Of a stretch of DNA of 64,000 nt, positions 20,090 through 30,110 are shown piece by piece. The notes under the pieces are model-generated. The model was not told where the DNA came from and searched no databases. It saw nothing but the letters and a program-made list of their open reading frames with translations. Each line of letters starts with the position of its first letter. The stretch's first letter is position 1. This DNA comes from a virus: IMG/VR virus record IMGVR_UViG_3300046010_005562; one strand, 5' to 3'. The translations under genes and the position numbers were made by a program.

Positions 20090-20832
20090 TTTATAATATA
20101 AGCTGTTGGTGTTTTTATATTTGTTTTATGTAATGTCAAACCTTTTTCTTTAATGAATCTATCTACAGCATTTGCTTCACTCCAGTTATGATATGCATAT
20201 TCATCAAAAATTACAACACCACCATCAACAACTCTATCCCAAAGGTTAACTAATGTGGCATATGTAGGTTCTTCAATATCTAAATCTATATTTAAAATAG
20301 ATATTCTAAATCCTGGTCTATTTTTTAAGTATTCATTAACGGTGAATATAATATTACCTTCAACAAGATCATATTTAGATAAATCAAAACCAGAAAGTAA
20401 CAACTTTTGAGTTACACCAACCTTTGAAACATCATTTTTGTCTAGATTATTACATCTAGTAAAAACTTGTTGCATTGTTTCTTTATCTGTCATATCTTCC
20501 AATGAATCAACAAAGTTTGGATTAAAGAAATCAAAACCAACAACTTTTTTAATGCTATTAGGTTCATTCATATCTAAAATCTTTAACCAAGATACTAAAC
20601 CAGATCCTTTAAAAACTCCACATTCTACAATATCACCACATAAATGTTTAGTCATTTCATAGAAAGAAATTTTGCTATATAGTTTATTAAAAACATTTCT
20701 ATCCTTACTAAAAATGAAGTTATTAAAATCATCATACATTCTCTGATTAGAGTTTATATCAGAGTTATTGTTATATAAATTTACCATTCTATTTAAATCT
20801 CCTAAAGGTTCCTGTTTCGTCAATTCTAACAA
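20086..20832 (-). CDS. TylF/MycF-family sugar O-methyltransferase
   Basis: GDIVECGVFKGSG, GFDFF, IDLD, GGVVIFDEY. Confidence 0.85.
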   Translation of the reverse strand: MLELTKQEPLGDLNRMVNLYNNNSDINSNQRMYDDFNNFIFSKDRNVFNKLYSKISFYEMTKHLCGDIVECGVFKGSGLVSWLKILDMNEPNSIKKVVGFDFFNPNFVDSLEDMTDKETMQQVFTRCNNLDKNDVSKVGVTQKLLLSGFDLSKYDLVEGNIIFTVNEYLKNRPGFRISILNIDLDIEEPTYATLVNLWDRVVDGGVVIFDEYAYHNWSEANAVDRFIKEKGLTLHKTNIKTPTAYIIK

Positions 20833-21502
20833 TAGAAATTCCTATATCTCTATTATACTGTATTCCATATAGATAAGCAAGATAAATTATTTTTTTGTGA
20901 ACCATTGGGATTTCAATAAATCTATCTCCCATTTTTTTAACAATCTCTAAAATAAGTTGTAGGTCTATATGATATAAATCAAAAATACTCTTAAAATACA
21001 AAGTCATCAATTCTGTGGTGGATATTGCAAACATATCATTTTCTTCTAAAGCAATCCCACCATTTCCTATATATATTAACTTAGGATTAGATTTACATTC
21101 AGAATATATTTTTTCATAATCTATCTTTTCATCTAAAACTATATCAAATCTACTTCTAACAACTAAATCATAAAGTCCATGAATCTTTTCATATTCATGA
21201 AATGAATCATAAACATTTAACATTTTTTTTATTTGAAGTTTTTCAGCATCACCAACTAATTCAGGTTCAATATTAAAATTTACAACATTTATTCCATCAA
21301 ATAATTTGTAAATTTGTTCTTTATTTAAAATAATTTCTAATGATTTTTCTGCATCTGAATATGAATCAGATCTAAAAACTTTATCGTAAGTATCTACAAA
21401 AACATCTATCTGATGATTTGTATCATACAACATATCCAAAAAATTTTGTTTGCAAGTAGTCCAAGATCTTAGATGTCCTGGTAATAATATAGCTATTTTC
21501 AT
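20789..21502 (-). CDS. Putative glycosyltransferase-like protein (paralog of 19382-20089)
   Basis: KIAILLPGHLRS...YDLVVRSRFD. Confidence 0.6.
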   Translation of the reverse strand: MKIAILLPGHLRSWTTCKQNFLDMLYDTNHQIDVFVDTYDKVFRSDSYSDAEKSLEIILNKEQIYKLFDGINVVNFNIEPELVGDAEKLQIKKMLNVYDSFHEYEKIHGLYDLVVRSRFDIVLDEKIDYEKIYSECKSNPKLIYIGNGGIALEENDMFAISTTELMTLYFKSIFDLYHIDLQLILEIVKKMGDRFIEIPMVHKKIIYLAYLYGIQYNRDIGISIVRIDETGTFRRFK

Positions 21503-21503
21503 A

Positions 21504-22310
21504 TTAACTTAATAACCAATCTTCAACTGGACCTTCTCGTTCAGAGTTTCTATTTTCTGATATTACATTGTGATACTTATGAACTACAAAACAAAGATCA
21601 GTCGAAATGAAATATTCTTTCAATCCTTCAAAATTAACACCACCCCAACTTTTATGTTCTATCTTTATTTTATCAAACAATCCAACATTTAAAAAGTGAC
21701 AAGAGAAATCTCTAATAACATAACAAGAAGTAAACTTAATTTCCTCGTCTGTTATATTTACATGTTTTCTAAAATTAAAATCATTATTTTCACTTTGATC
21801 ACTATCCTCAACAAAGAAAGTAATATCATCTGATAATACAACAGAATCTCTATCTGTGTATTCAAAGATTTCATCGTTTCTTACTCGTCTTTTTGCACAA
21901 ATAAATGGAGCAACAAAATAAATATCTTTCTTATCTTCTGGTATTTTAAGAATTTCATCAAAATAATTCTTAGAAAGAATAGTATCAGATTTAAGAAGAA
22001 GAACTCTATCCTCTGGATTATAATTAGATTTAACATACTCTTTTATTAAAGAAATATCTTCTCCTAAAGATTTAGTTTCATTAGAAGGATTTAATACTTT
22101 AATTTCGTTAAAGAATTTATTCAAATTAGAACTTGTTATAGATTCTCGTATGTTATCAGTTGATACTTCTTTTTCATTTGTATTATATATGTATAAAGCA
22201 TCAAAAACTTTATCGGAATATACATCTTGCTTTACCATACCGTAAATACTACATAACACATGTTCATATGTTAAAGTCTTATGTGTTATAAACACCACTA
22301 TATTTTTCAT
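21504..22310 (-). CDS. Hypothetical protein, possibly GT-A fold
   Basis: Within the glycan locus; LLLKSD and VVHKYH resemble DxD and C-terminal His motifs. Confidence 0.5.
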   Translation of the reverse strand: MKNIVVFITHKTLTYEHVLCSIYGMVKQDVYSDKVFDALYIYNTNEKEVSTDNIRESITSSNLNKFFNEIKVLNPSNETKSLGEDISLIKEYVKSNYNPEDRVLLLKSDTILSKNYFDEILKIPEDKKDIYFVAPFICAKRRVRNDEIFEYTDRDSVVLSDDITFFVEDSDQSENNDFNFRKHVNITDEEIKFTSCYVIRDFSCHFLNVGLFDKIKIEHKSWGGVNFEGLKEYFISTDLCFVVHKYHNVISENRNSEREGPVEDWLLS

Positions 22311-23110
22311 CTAGAGAACTCCTTTAAAGCTTTATGCCAAGCATAAAAAACATGACATTTAAATAAATTTGTATTTTCAAAGAAACATTGTAACCATACT
22401 CCTTGTTCATCATCAGCAAATTCCATTGTTTGAAAAGCATCTAACCAATTATGACATAGGGTTTGAAATTCTTTCATATTCTCTTTATTAGCCCAAAAGA
22501 AATATGCACCTATCTTTTCTGGAGCATTTAATAAAGTATACACAATGCCCTTATCATTATCATCAATAGGATTTATTAAACAAAGATTTACACGTTCTTT
22601 ATCTAATTTATTTTCATCTATCACTGAATTTGGAATAAATCTTTCATCAGACTTGTTGTGAAAATATCCAAAATCAACCCAACCAACATAATCATCTTCA
22701 ATCAATCCAGAGTCAATTGCATAATTAACAACATCAATTTTACTATGAGTTAAGATTGTGTAATGTGGGTTTATATTTTCTGGATAGTTATTTTCAATCC
22801 TTTTAATTAAGAGATGTTTATATTTTTGACTATTCATAATAGCCTTTTCTTTTTCTAATCTACTCCATGCCCAAATATTTTCATAAAACCAATTTTCATT
22901 TATCGGAATTAATTTCTTTGTTTCTGGATATTTAGATTTTAAAACTCTTTCTTTTAAGATATCATAATATCTATCATCTATGAATATAATCATCTTATAT
23001 TCGTAATTAAGGAACATATCAAAAGAATTAATATATTCCATAGCCTTTCTTGGATAAGAAGACCAACTATCCCTACCAATGTCATAGAAAAATGTTACTA
23101 ATGTAGTCAT
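22307..23110 (-). CDS. HtrL/WlaTC-like glycosyltransferase
   Basis: TLVTFFYDIGR, SK, WVDFG, DDEQ. Confidence 0.75.
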   Translation of the reverse strand: MTTLVTFFYDIGRDSWSSYPRKAMEYINSFDMFLNYEYKMIIFIDDRYYDILKERVLKSKYPETKKLIPINENWFYENIWAWSRLEKEKAIMNSQKYKHLLIKRIENNYPENINPHYTILTHSKIDVVNYAIDSGLIEDDYVGWVDFGYFHNKSDERFIPNSVIDENKLDKERVNLCLINPIDDNDKGIVYTLLNAPEKIGAYFFWANKENMKEFQTLCHNWLDAFQTMEFADDEQGVWLQCFFENTNLFKCHVFYAWHKALKEFSR

Positions 23111-24480
23111 TATTTGCGATCCGCTAAAAATACATCCAAATCTTCAGGAGTACCAATACCCCACATCTTTTCAACATACTTAACTTTGAATTTCTTACCG
23201 TCAGAAATTGCTTCATTAATTACTGGACAAACATAAAATTCATTATTTACTCTGATGTTCTTTTCTATCATTTGATTTGCATATTTGACATAATCAGAAC
23301 CCTTAGACCAATAATAAACCCCAACACTAGCAATATCACTAATAGGGTCTTTTTCTGCAACCTTTTCAATAAAACCACTTTCATCCAATTTAGCAAAACT
23401 CCATTTAGGATGAACAGCATTGAATACTAACATACCACCATCAATATCATTATTAGAAAATGAATACATAGCTTCGTTAGAATTCCATTCTATATATTGA
23501 TCTGAATTAGCAATTAAAAGTGGATTATCGTTATCGATAAATTCTTTTGCTAATAAAGTAGTACATGCTGCTCCTTCTGTAATACCATCAATCTGAACTA
23601 TCTTACAATCTGGTTTAATTAGATTAAGGAAATGATTTAGATTATATTTTTCATAATGTTCTTTTTGAACAACAAAAATATAATTAGCATCAATATTAAG
23701 ATTATCTACAACAACTTGAATCATAGGCTTTCCTCTAACATCAATAAGAGGTTTTGGGAAAGTATATCCTTTTTGTGTAAATCTTGATCCTAATCCTGCC
23801 ATAGGAATTAAAATATTAAGTTTCTTATCAATCCAAGGTATTTTATCTTCATTATTCATATGCTTAATCTCTTCAATTTTATTTAAAATTTTCTTTAAAG
23901 AAAGATCATTAGGATTCTCCACTGGAAGAAGATGTGCTCCTGAATCTAAGGCTCCTTGTCTTCCAATATGTGAATCCTCAACAATAATAGTATTCTTTGG
24001 GAGGCAATTTAAAGCTGTCATACATTTCCAATACATCTCTGGAAATGGTTTGGTTCTTTTTATATCTTCATTAGATACAAAATAATCAATATATTCCATA
24101 ATACCAAGATTCAATAAGCAAAGTTTTACTGTCTCTCGTATTGAATTAGACGCCACAGCTATCTTATAATTCAACTTTCTCAATTCTAAAAATATACTAA
24201 TTAATTCTTTATTAGCATGAATATTCTTTAAAATCTTGAATGTTTCTTTTTGTTTATCTTCCCAAATAGAATTAAAATTTTTCTTTTCTAGACCTTTTTC
24301 TACAGATAAAAGTTCTAGCTTTTTTGTTGTATTCAATCCATCATATTTACTTAGATGTTCATCATAACCGATTTTATACTTTTCGTCAACATTACACAAA
24401 GCTCTATTTAAAGTCTCGTAATGCCAATCTTTAGAATCTATCAAAACTCCATCTAAATCAAATATTATTAAATTATTCAC
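23110..24480 (-). CDS. HAD phosphatase fused to a sugar-phosphate nucleotidyltransferase
   Basis: FDLDGVLID...KPFP...EDS HAD domain; IPMAGLGSRF...PKPLI, NSDQ, EK, NEFYV, GTPEDL. Confidence 0.9.
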   Translation of the reverse strand: MNNLIIFDLDGVLIDSKDWHYETLNRALCNVDEKYKIGYDEHLSKYDGLNTTKKLELLSVEKGLEKKNFNSIWEDKQKETFKILKNIHANKELISIFLELRKLNYKIAVASNSIRETVKLCLLNLGIMEYIDYFVSNEDIKRTKPFPEMYWKCMTALNCLPKNTIIVEDSHIGRQGALDSGAHLLPVENPNDLSLKKILNKIEEIKHMNNEDKIPWIDKKLNILIPMAGLGSRFTQKGYTFPKPLIDVRGKPMIQVVVDNLNIDANYIFVVQKEHYEKYNLNHFLNLIKPDCKIVQIDGITEGAACTTLLAKEFIDNDNPLLIANSDQYIEWNSNEAMYSFSNNDIDGGMLVFNAVHPKWSFAKLDESGFIEKVAEKDPISDIASVGVYYWSKGSDYVKYANQMIEKNIRVNNEFYVCPVINEAISDGKKFKVKYVEKMWGIGTPEDLDVFLADRK

Positions 24481-25231
24481 TAATTAACTCCTTCAAATCT
24501 AATCTAGAATTTTGACTTTTATCTAAAAATCTACTATGTTCTGGTTGAAAACTTTCAAAAACCCCAATCTGCGATCCTTGAGTTACTATTGGAGGTTCTA
24601 ACCAATAGACATTAGATTTCATAACTCTAAACCAAAAAGAATATTCATGATCAATTGGGAATGCCATTCTATAATGATCTAAAGTTGGTAGCAATGCATT
24701 TAAGAAATTTCTACTGAAAATAATAGAATCTGTGTTCCTATCAGCAGGGTATTCTTTTTTATACCATGAAACTCCATCTTCTAAATTTTCTATCCTTTTA
24801 TTACACCCTTGACCAATAAAAGCAGCATCAAAATCTTCTGGAAGAGTTTTTAAATATTCATCTAACTTAGTAAAGAATCCTTCATGAAGTATAGCATCAT
24901 CTTCCAAAAATAAACAAAAAGTATCTTGACTTTCTTTTACAAACATTTCAATTGCTGTTTTGTGTTTCAAGCAAAGTGAAATTACTTCTGGTTGTAGTGG
25001 ATATCTTGGGAAATATTCCGTTGGCTGTCTCTGTTGATGAGTTAAATGATTTGCAGAAAAATTCATATAATAATCATTATAAGAAACATGATCTCTATCG
25101 TACTTAGTAATCCAAAATACTTGTCCTTGAAATCCAGAAGATGATATTTCTTTGTTCAATATTTTTTCAAGTAACTTTTTTCTATCAATATGTTTAGAAT
25201 AATGCATAATATAGATAGGATATTTAATCAT
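24473..25231 (-). CDS. GT25-like glycosyltransferase
   Basis: DRK, SLCLKH, FLEDDA, PID, QGS. Confidence 0.75.
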   Translation of the reverse strand: MIKYPIYIMHYSKHIDRKKLLEKILNKEISSSGFQGQVFWITKYDRDHVSYNDYYMNFSANHLTHQQRQPTEYFPRYPLQPEVISLCLKHKTAIEMFVKESQDTFCLFLEDDAILHEGFFTKLDEYLKTLPEDFDAAFIGQGCNKRIENLEDGVSWYKKEYPADRNTDSIIFSRNFLNALLPTLDHYRMAFPIDHEYSFWFRVMKSNVYWLEPPIVTQGSQIGVFESFQPEHSRFLDKSQNSRLDLKELISE

Positions 25232-26201
25232 CTAAAAACACCTCCTTAAATTTCTTCATAACATGGTTTGGTGAAAATTGTTCAACTATATTCTCATAGT
25301 GAACATTATACATATTGTGTTTTAATTTAAAAATATTCTCAATCAATTCATATGGAGTGTTATATAACAAATCATAATCTTTTAACAAATCTACATGATG
25401 TTTATCTCTACCACCACTAAAAGAAATTACTGGTCTATTAAAATATAGAAATTCACATACAGATAATCCAAAAGATTCTCCATCTGATCTAGCATGAATC
25501 ATAGCATCACAAGCAAATATAAAATCTGTTTTATCTTGTGGATTTATAATAGGATCAAGGAATATAACATTTGGATGATCTATAAACTTTCTTGTATTAA
25601 CAAAAAGAAATACAAAAGAAGGATCATTTTCAACAAAAAAGTTAACCACCTGATGTGCAAAAGGAATATCAAATTGATCTAATCCACCATACCTTCCAAG
25701 TACAATTTTATCAGAAGAAATTTTCAATTCATTTCTAAGATTTTTAACACTCACTGCTGGGAGAGATACTATGTGTGGAACGTAATCACAAGAGCCTTTA
25801 CTAGCCTCGTCAGCCAACCATTTTGACACATACGCATATTTGTGTCCATGTGGATTGTAGTGATTAAAAACGCAATGGATCAGATTCTTCTTTTCCTCTA
25901 AATAATTCTGATCAACAAAACCAGATTTCAAGAAATATATATGATCACAATCTCTATCATCCAATTCTTTTTTTAATGTATTCTTATTATCATATTCAAT
26001 AACATCATATTTAGATTTGAACATATCAGAAATCTCAAATCTCTTGGAGAAATTCTGATCTCTATTATCAGAAAGAAGAGTCTTATCGTAACAGATAATA
26101 CTTTCATTTTTTAGAAGTTCTTCATTATATTTTGCATAATCAAGAACTGCTGTAGTGGTTCCTCTTAAACTAAGATTGTCAAGATGGAAAGCTATCTTCA
26201 T
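25224..26201 (-). CDS. GT-B (GT4-like) glycosyltransferase
   Basis: RGT...DYA; CDAMIHARSDGESFGLSVCEF. Confidence 0.85.
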   Translation of the reverse strand: MKIAFHLDNLSLRGTTTAVLDYAKYNEELLKNESIICYDKTLLSDNRDQNFSKRFEISDMFKSKYDVIEYDNKNTLKKELDDRDCDHIYFLKSGFVDQNYLEEKKNLIHCVFNHYNPHGHKYAYVSKWLADEASKGSCDYVPHIVSLPAVSVKNLRNELKISSDKIVLGRYGGLDQFDIPFAHQVVNFFVENDPSFVFLFVNTRKFIDHPNVIFLDPIINPQDKTDFIFACDAMIHARSDGESFGLSVCEFLYFNRPVISFSGGRDKHHVDLLKDYDLLYNTPYELIENIFKLKHNMYNVHYENIVEQFSPNHVMKKFKEVFLDD

Positions 26202-27136
26202 TTAAATACCTCATCAAATTTTTCATAGAAAAAGTCTAAACTAGGAAATTTATCTTCTGTAAACAATGGCTCGTTGCATTTAGAAATAAAATATTCCTTA
26301 TCAGAATTTAATTTTTTAATTTCTTTTATATAATCTGTATTATTGGAATAATCTAATCTATTCAGAAAGCTGTTTTTATTAAAATCTTTTTGGGAATATA
26401 TAGGATCTCCATAATATAGAGGAATACATCCAGCAAATTTAGCATCAAAAAGTTTTTCGCTTACATAACCTTCATGTACTGAATTTTCATAACATAAATT
26501 AAATTTGAAATTTGTCAAAAGGTCTATTTTATTACCTTCAAATCTTTTTCCAAAAGCAAGTCCCATACCAAAGACAGGTTCTATATTTTTAGATACTTCA
26601 TTAAATATTTCAGATCTAACCTTAACTGAAGATTCTTCACAATTACCAACAAGCATAGAACAAAATTTATTTCTATTCCAAACAGATCCAGAAGTATATA
26701 TGTTAGTTTTTATATTGTTTATTGTTGGAACCCATTCATCTTTCAAAGTATTTTTTCCAATATAATGATGGGATTGACCACAAACTACAGTAACTTCATC
26801 ACCACTATTTTCATTCCACCAATCAATCCACATATACCAAAGAGGAAATCTAATATTCTTTCCTTCAGTAGGCATATATGTAAGAGATAAATCAGAATAT
26901 TGAATTCTTTCCTTTGCAATATCTAAATAAAATCTAGTCTCCCATAAACAAAATATCTTAAATTTTGCTTTAGTTGTTTTGTAATAATCATCATTACCAA
27001 ATACAGAATGTATAAAGATATCGCAATTAATAGGATCAGAGGTCAATTCTACATCATTATTAAAATATTTCTTCAATAATTTATATACAAAAAACTGCTC
27101 GGTATTACACCAATTATTTGAAATATGAATTTTCAT
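26198..27136 (-). CDS. GT10 alpha-1,3/4-fucosyltransferase-like protein
   Basis: KFNLCYENSVHEGYVSEKLFDAKFAGCIPLYYG matches the GT10 signature. Confidence 0.9.
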   Translation of the reverse strand: MKIHISNNWCNTEQFFVYKLLKKYFNNDVELTSDPINCDIFIHSVFGNDDYYKTTKAKFKIFCLWETRFYLDIAKERIQYSDLSLTYMPTEGKNIRFPLWYMWIDWWNENSGDEVTVVCGQSHHYIGKNTLKDEWVPTINNIKTNIYTSGSVWNRNKFCSMLVGNCEESSVKVRSEIFNEVSKNIEPVFGMGLAFGKRFEGNKIDLLTNFKFNLCYENSVHEGYVSEKLFDAKFAGCIPLYYGDPIYSQKDFNKNSFLNRLDYSNNTDYIKEIKKLNSDKEYFISKCNEPLFTEDKFPSLDFFYEKFDEVFK

Positions 27137-27870
27137 TAATTACTCCAAGGAAGATTTCCATTATATCTTTGCAACATTATCTGATTACCTTGCATAAAAA
27201 ATTCTTTTTTAACTGAAATGTCGGTATTACCCGCTCTATAATTTACAGTATATTTTTTAGAAGAATTAGCTTGGAGATTATTGTCTCTCAAAAGATATGT
27301 CAACATCCTGTCAACTTCTGGAACATTTGGCTCTCTAGCTTTTCTATACCAAATCATAGAACTATTAAGAGCTACTTCTTTTGAAAAGAAAAAACAATTA
27401 ACATCAACAAAATAATCAGATTCATTTAGAACTGAAGGATAATTTCCAAGAGATTCGCAATCATCATTACAAACAAAAGTACCATCAGAATCTACTATCT
27501 TTCTCATAGCAAAAGCCCATTTATTATTTCCAATGGAATTTACCAATGATTCAACATGATCTTCATCAATCCAATTGTCTTCATCAAGAAAACAAATATA
27601 ATCTCCTTTACAAAGATAGATAGAAGCACCATATATTCTATGCCCATTATATCTATCAGTTCCTGTTGCATATGGTAGAGGAATGATATCAATATTATTT
27701 AACGGAGTAATGGATTTTACAATATCAGAAACTTTATCTAGATGATCTCTACCATCAATAACTACTAAATGTTGGATATTTTTGTAAGTTTGATTTTGAA
27801 CTGACTTTATATTATCTTTTAGATATTTCGTTCCGGTGGTTGGTGTGATTATTGTCACTAAACTATTCAT
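27136..27870 (-). CDS. GT2 glycosyltransferase
   Basis: VTIITPT, SVQNQTY, VVIDG, FLDEDN. Confidence 0.9.
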   Translation of the reverse strand: MNSLVTIITPTTGTKYLKDNIKSVQNQTYKNIQHLVVIDGRDHLDKVSDIVKSITPLNNIDIIPLPYATGTDRYNGHRIYGASIYLCKGDYICFLDEDNWIDEDHVESLVNSIGNNKWAFAMRKIVDSDGTFVCNDDCESLGNYPSVLNESDYFVDVNCFFFSKEVALNSSMIWYRKAREPNVPEVDRMLTYLLRDNNLQANSSKKYTVNYRAGNTDISVKKEFFMQGNQIMLQRYNGNLPWSN

Positions 27871-27878
27871 AATAACCT

Positions 27879-29279
27879 CTATATTTTAAATCCACTAAAG
27901 GATTTCTTTTCAAATTTATCTTTAGGATTCCATGCAAAATTTTCAGAATCTGGAGTAGAAGATTGTCCACTATCTGATATATTAGATTGAGCACTATTCT
28001 CAACATTATATAATTTCATCTTAGCTCTATCTATCCCTATCATAAACCTTTTATTAGTGGTTGGATCGGAATATCTATTTTTAATCTGCTTAACCATTAT
28101 CTGATTGATCTGCTCAAATTCCTCAGTATTTATTAGAGCAAAAATCATATCAGCAGTAGCAACAGTACCAAAACTTTCAGAAACATCTTCCATAGAAGGA
28201 TCTGAATTAGTAGCACCAGATCTAGTCATCTGAGTAGCAGTCATAATTGGAACATTAAACTCAACTGCCAATCCACGAATTTCTTCAGCTATACTTTTTA
28301 CATATGAATAAGAATTTACATTAGATCCTGTTTTAACTCTTGATGATGTACAAATATTCATATAATCAACATATATGATATCTGGCTTGAAATTCTTTTT
28401 CAAATTAAGTTCATTCAATAATGTTCTGAAATGAACAACACTTGCAGAAGCAGTAGGATATTCCTTGATAATTAAATTACCAATAGTTTTATCTCTCAAC
28501 TGTCTAAATTTCTTTTCGTATTGTTCTTTCGTTAGTGTTACTATATCATCCAATCTTACATTTAGAATATTAGCATCGATTCTTTCTGCTATTCTTTCCT
28601 CTGCCATTTCCAAAGTAATGTATAAAACATTTTTACCCTGCATTAAACAATTTGATGCTGAATGACACATGAAAAGAGATTTACCACTACCAGGACCAGC
28701 TAGAATAATAGTAATACTCTTCTTAGGCAGACCTCCCTTTGTTATTTTATTGAAAAAATCTAAATCAAAGGGAATCTTCTCTTCTTTCTTATGATAAAAA
28801 TCATATCTGCTATTATAATCATCTATATAATCATGACCAACACTTTGATCAAAAGAAACAGCTAACGCATCAGACAATAATTTAGGAATTGCTCCTTTAT
28901 CAACATCTTTCTTCTTATTATCAAGGATCTGAATAGATTCAGCAACCGCATTATATACTGCTTTTTCCTTACAAAAATTTTCAGTTTTATCAATCAACCA
29001 ATCTAGATTACTATTATCTATTTCAAGATCTTTAATATCATCTAAAAGTTGTATAGATGCTTTATATTCTTCATCAGTAATCTTCTTATCATTTACATTT
29101 ATAATTAAAGCTTCATATGTAGGATTTGAATTATATTTAGAAATGAACTCTTGAACTTCATTGAATAGTAAAATAGTTTCTCTTGAAGAGAAATACTCTG
29201 ATTTTATAAAAGGTAAAACTTTTCTAGAATACTCCTCATTTACTATTAGACTCTTCAATATCAACTGTTCCAAATTCAT
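27879..29279 (-). CDS. 41: Replicative helicase (T4 gp41)
   Basis: AGPGSGKS, ITLEMAEE, IKEYPT, VDY, TATQ, SESFG, KNRY; start chosen after AGGAG. Confidence 0.97.
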   Translation of the reverse strand: MNLEQLILKSLIVNEEYSRKVLPFIKSEYFSSRETILLFNEVQEFISKYNSNPTYEALIINVNDKKITDEEYKASIQLLDDIKDLEIDNSNLDWLIDKTENFCKEKAVYNAVAESIQILDNKKKDVDKGAIPKLLSDALAVSFDQSVGHDYIDDYNSRYDFYHKKEEKIPFDLDFFNKITKGGLPKKSITIILAGPGSGKSLFMCHSASNCLMQGKNVLYITLEMAEERIAERIDANILNVRLDDIVTLTKEQYEKKFRQLRDKTIGNLIIKEYPTASASVVHFRTLLNELNLKKNFKPDIIYVDYMNICTSSRVKTGSNVNSYSYVKSIAEEIRGLAVEFNVPIMTATQMTRSGATNSDPSMEDVSESFGTVATADMIFALINTEEFEQINQIMVKQIKNRYSDPTTNKRFMIGIDRAKMKLYNVENSAQSNISDSGQSSTPDSENFAWNPKDKFEKKSFSGFKI

Positions 29280-29562
29280 GAATTTTTTTCTCCTGTTCAA
29301 GTTTCTTAATCAATATTGAGGATAAAATATCACCAATATATTGTTTGAAATCTTCATCATCTTCTAAGATAGTTTTATCTAAATCACTATCAAGAATCTC
29401 GTAATTAAAACTTAGGTATGCTTGTCCATCCGTTTCATCAAAATTAACATTACCATACATATAAATTGTGTTTTCATATTCACCATCAAGTATCTTTATT
29501 GATGCATATTCATTATCATATGGAACAAAAGAATAGTCAACTCCTTCTTCATATATATTCAT
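29236..29562 (-). CDS. 40: Head vertex assembly chaperone (T4 gp40-like)
   Basis: Position between uvsX and 41; IY.YG.V...LSF.YE...GDIL. Confidence 0.75.
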   Translation of the reverse strand: MNIYEEGVDYSFVPYDNEYASIKILDGEYENTIYMYGNVNFDETDGQAYLSFNYEILDSDLDKTILEDDEDFKQYIGDILSSILIKKLEQEKKIHEFGTVDIEESNSK

Positions 29563-30110
29563 TATTCATCTCCTTCATCTGATGATTCAATATGAACAAT
29601 TTCAGAATCATCTTTAATTATTGAACCTGAAGATATTGCATATTTTTCATATACTGCATTCTTAAAAGATACAGAATTCAAAATAGAATCCCAAAAATCT
29701 TTATTCATAGTATCCTTTAATCTATATAACTTATCTTCAACTTCTCCACTATCAACATTAATTTTTGAATACCAACCAACTTTAGGTTTTGTACAGAAAC
29801 CCAAATCAAGAGCAATATCCATCAAACCAGACCATCTTGAAATACCGTTTTCAAAAGAAATATTAACTGGAATCTTGGACTTTTCCTTAACATATCTAGA
29901 CTTTTCTACGTTAATAATAAAGTTATATCCACTAATTTCAGTTCCATCTTTTTCTTGCTGTCTTCCAAGAATGTAGATATTATCTGCTGAATAATAAGAA
30001 CCAGTGTTATGTGTTACTACACCATTCTTTAAAATATAGTGTTCAGCATCTTTAACTGACAAATCAAACACTTTTTGTTTTCCTACAGGTTTAATTGATT
30101 TAATTTTCAT
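29562..30110 (-). CDS. uvsX: UvsX C-terminal fragment: 35 aa split-intein C-half plus 147 aa C-extein
   Basis: MKIKSIKPVGKQKVFDLSV...ILKNGVVTHN/T then GSYYSADNIYILGRQQEKDG...EKSRYVKEK. Confidence 0.93.
   Translation of the reverse strand: MKIKSIKPVGKQKVFDLSVKDAEHYILKNGVVTHNTGSYYSADNIYILGRQQEKDGTEISGYNFIINVEKSRYVKEKSKIPVNISFENGISRWSGLMDIALDLGFCTKPKVGWYSKINVDSGEVEDKLYRLKDTMNKDFWDSILNSVSFKNAVYEKYAISSGSIIKDDSEIVHIESSDEGDE
30006..30110 (-). mobile_element. Split intein C-fragment (blocks F and G)
   Basis: VFDLSV block F; HN followed by Thr+1. Confidence 0.92.

Noticed and set aside
14996-27870. Glycan locus as a T4-style DNA glucosylation system
   Set aside because: No dCMP hydroxymethylase or alpha/beta-glucosyltransferase is recognisable in the window. 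It cannot be excluded without the rest of the genome.
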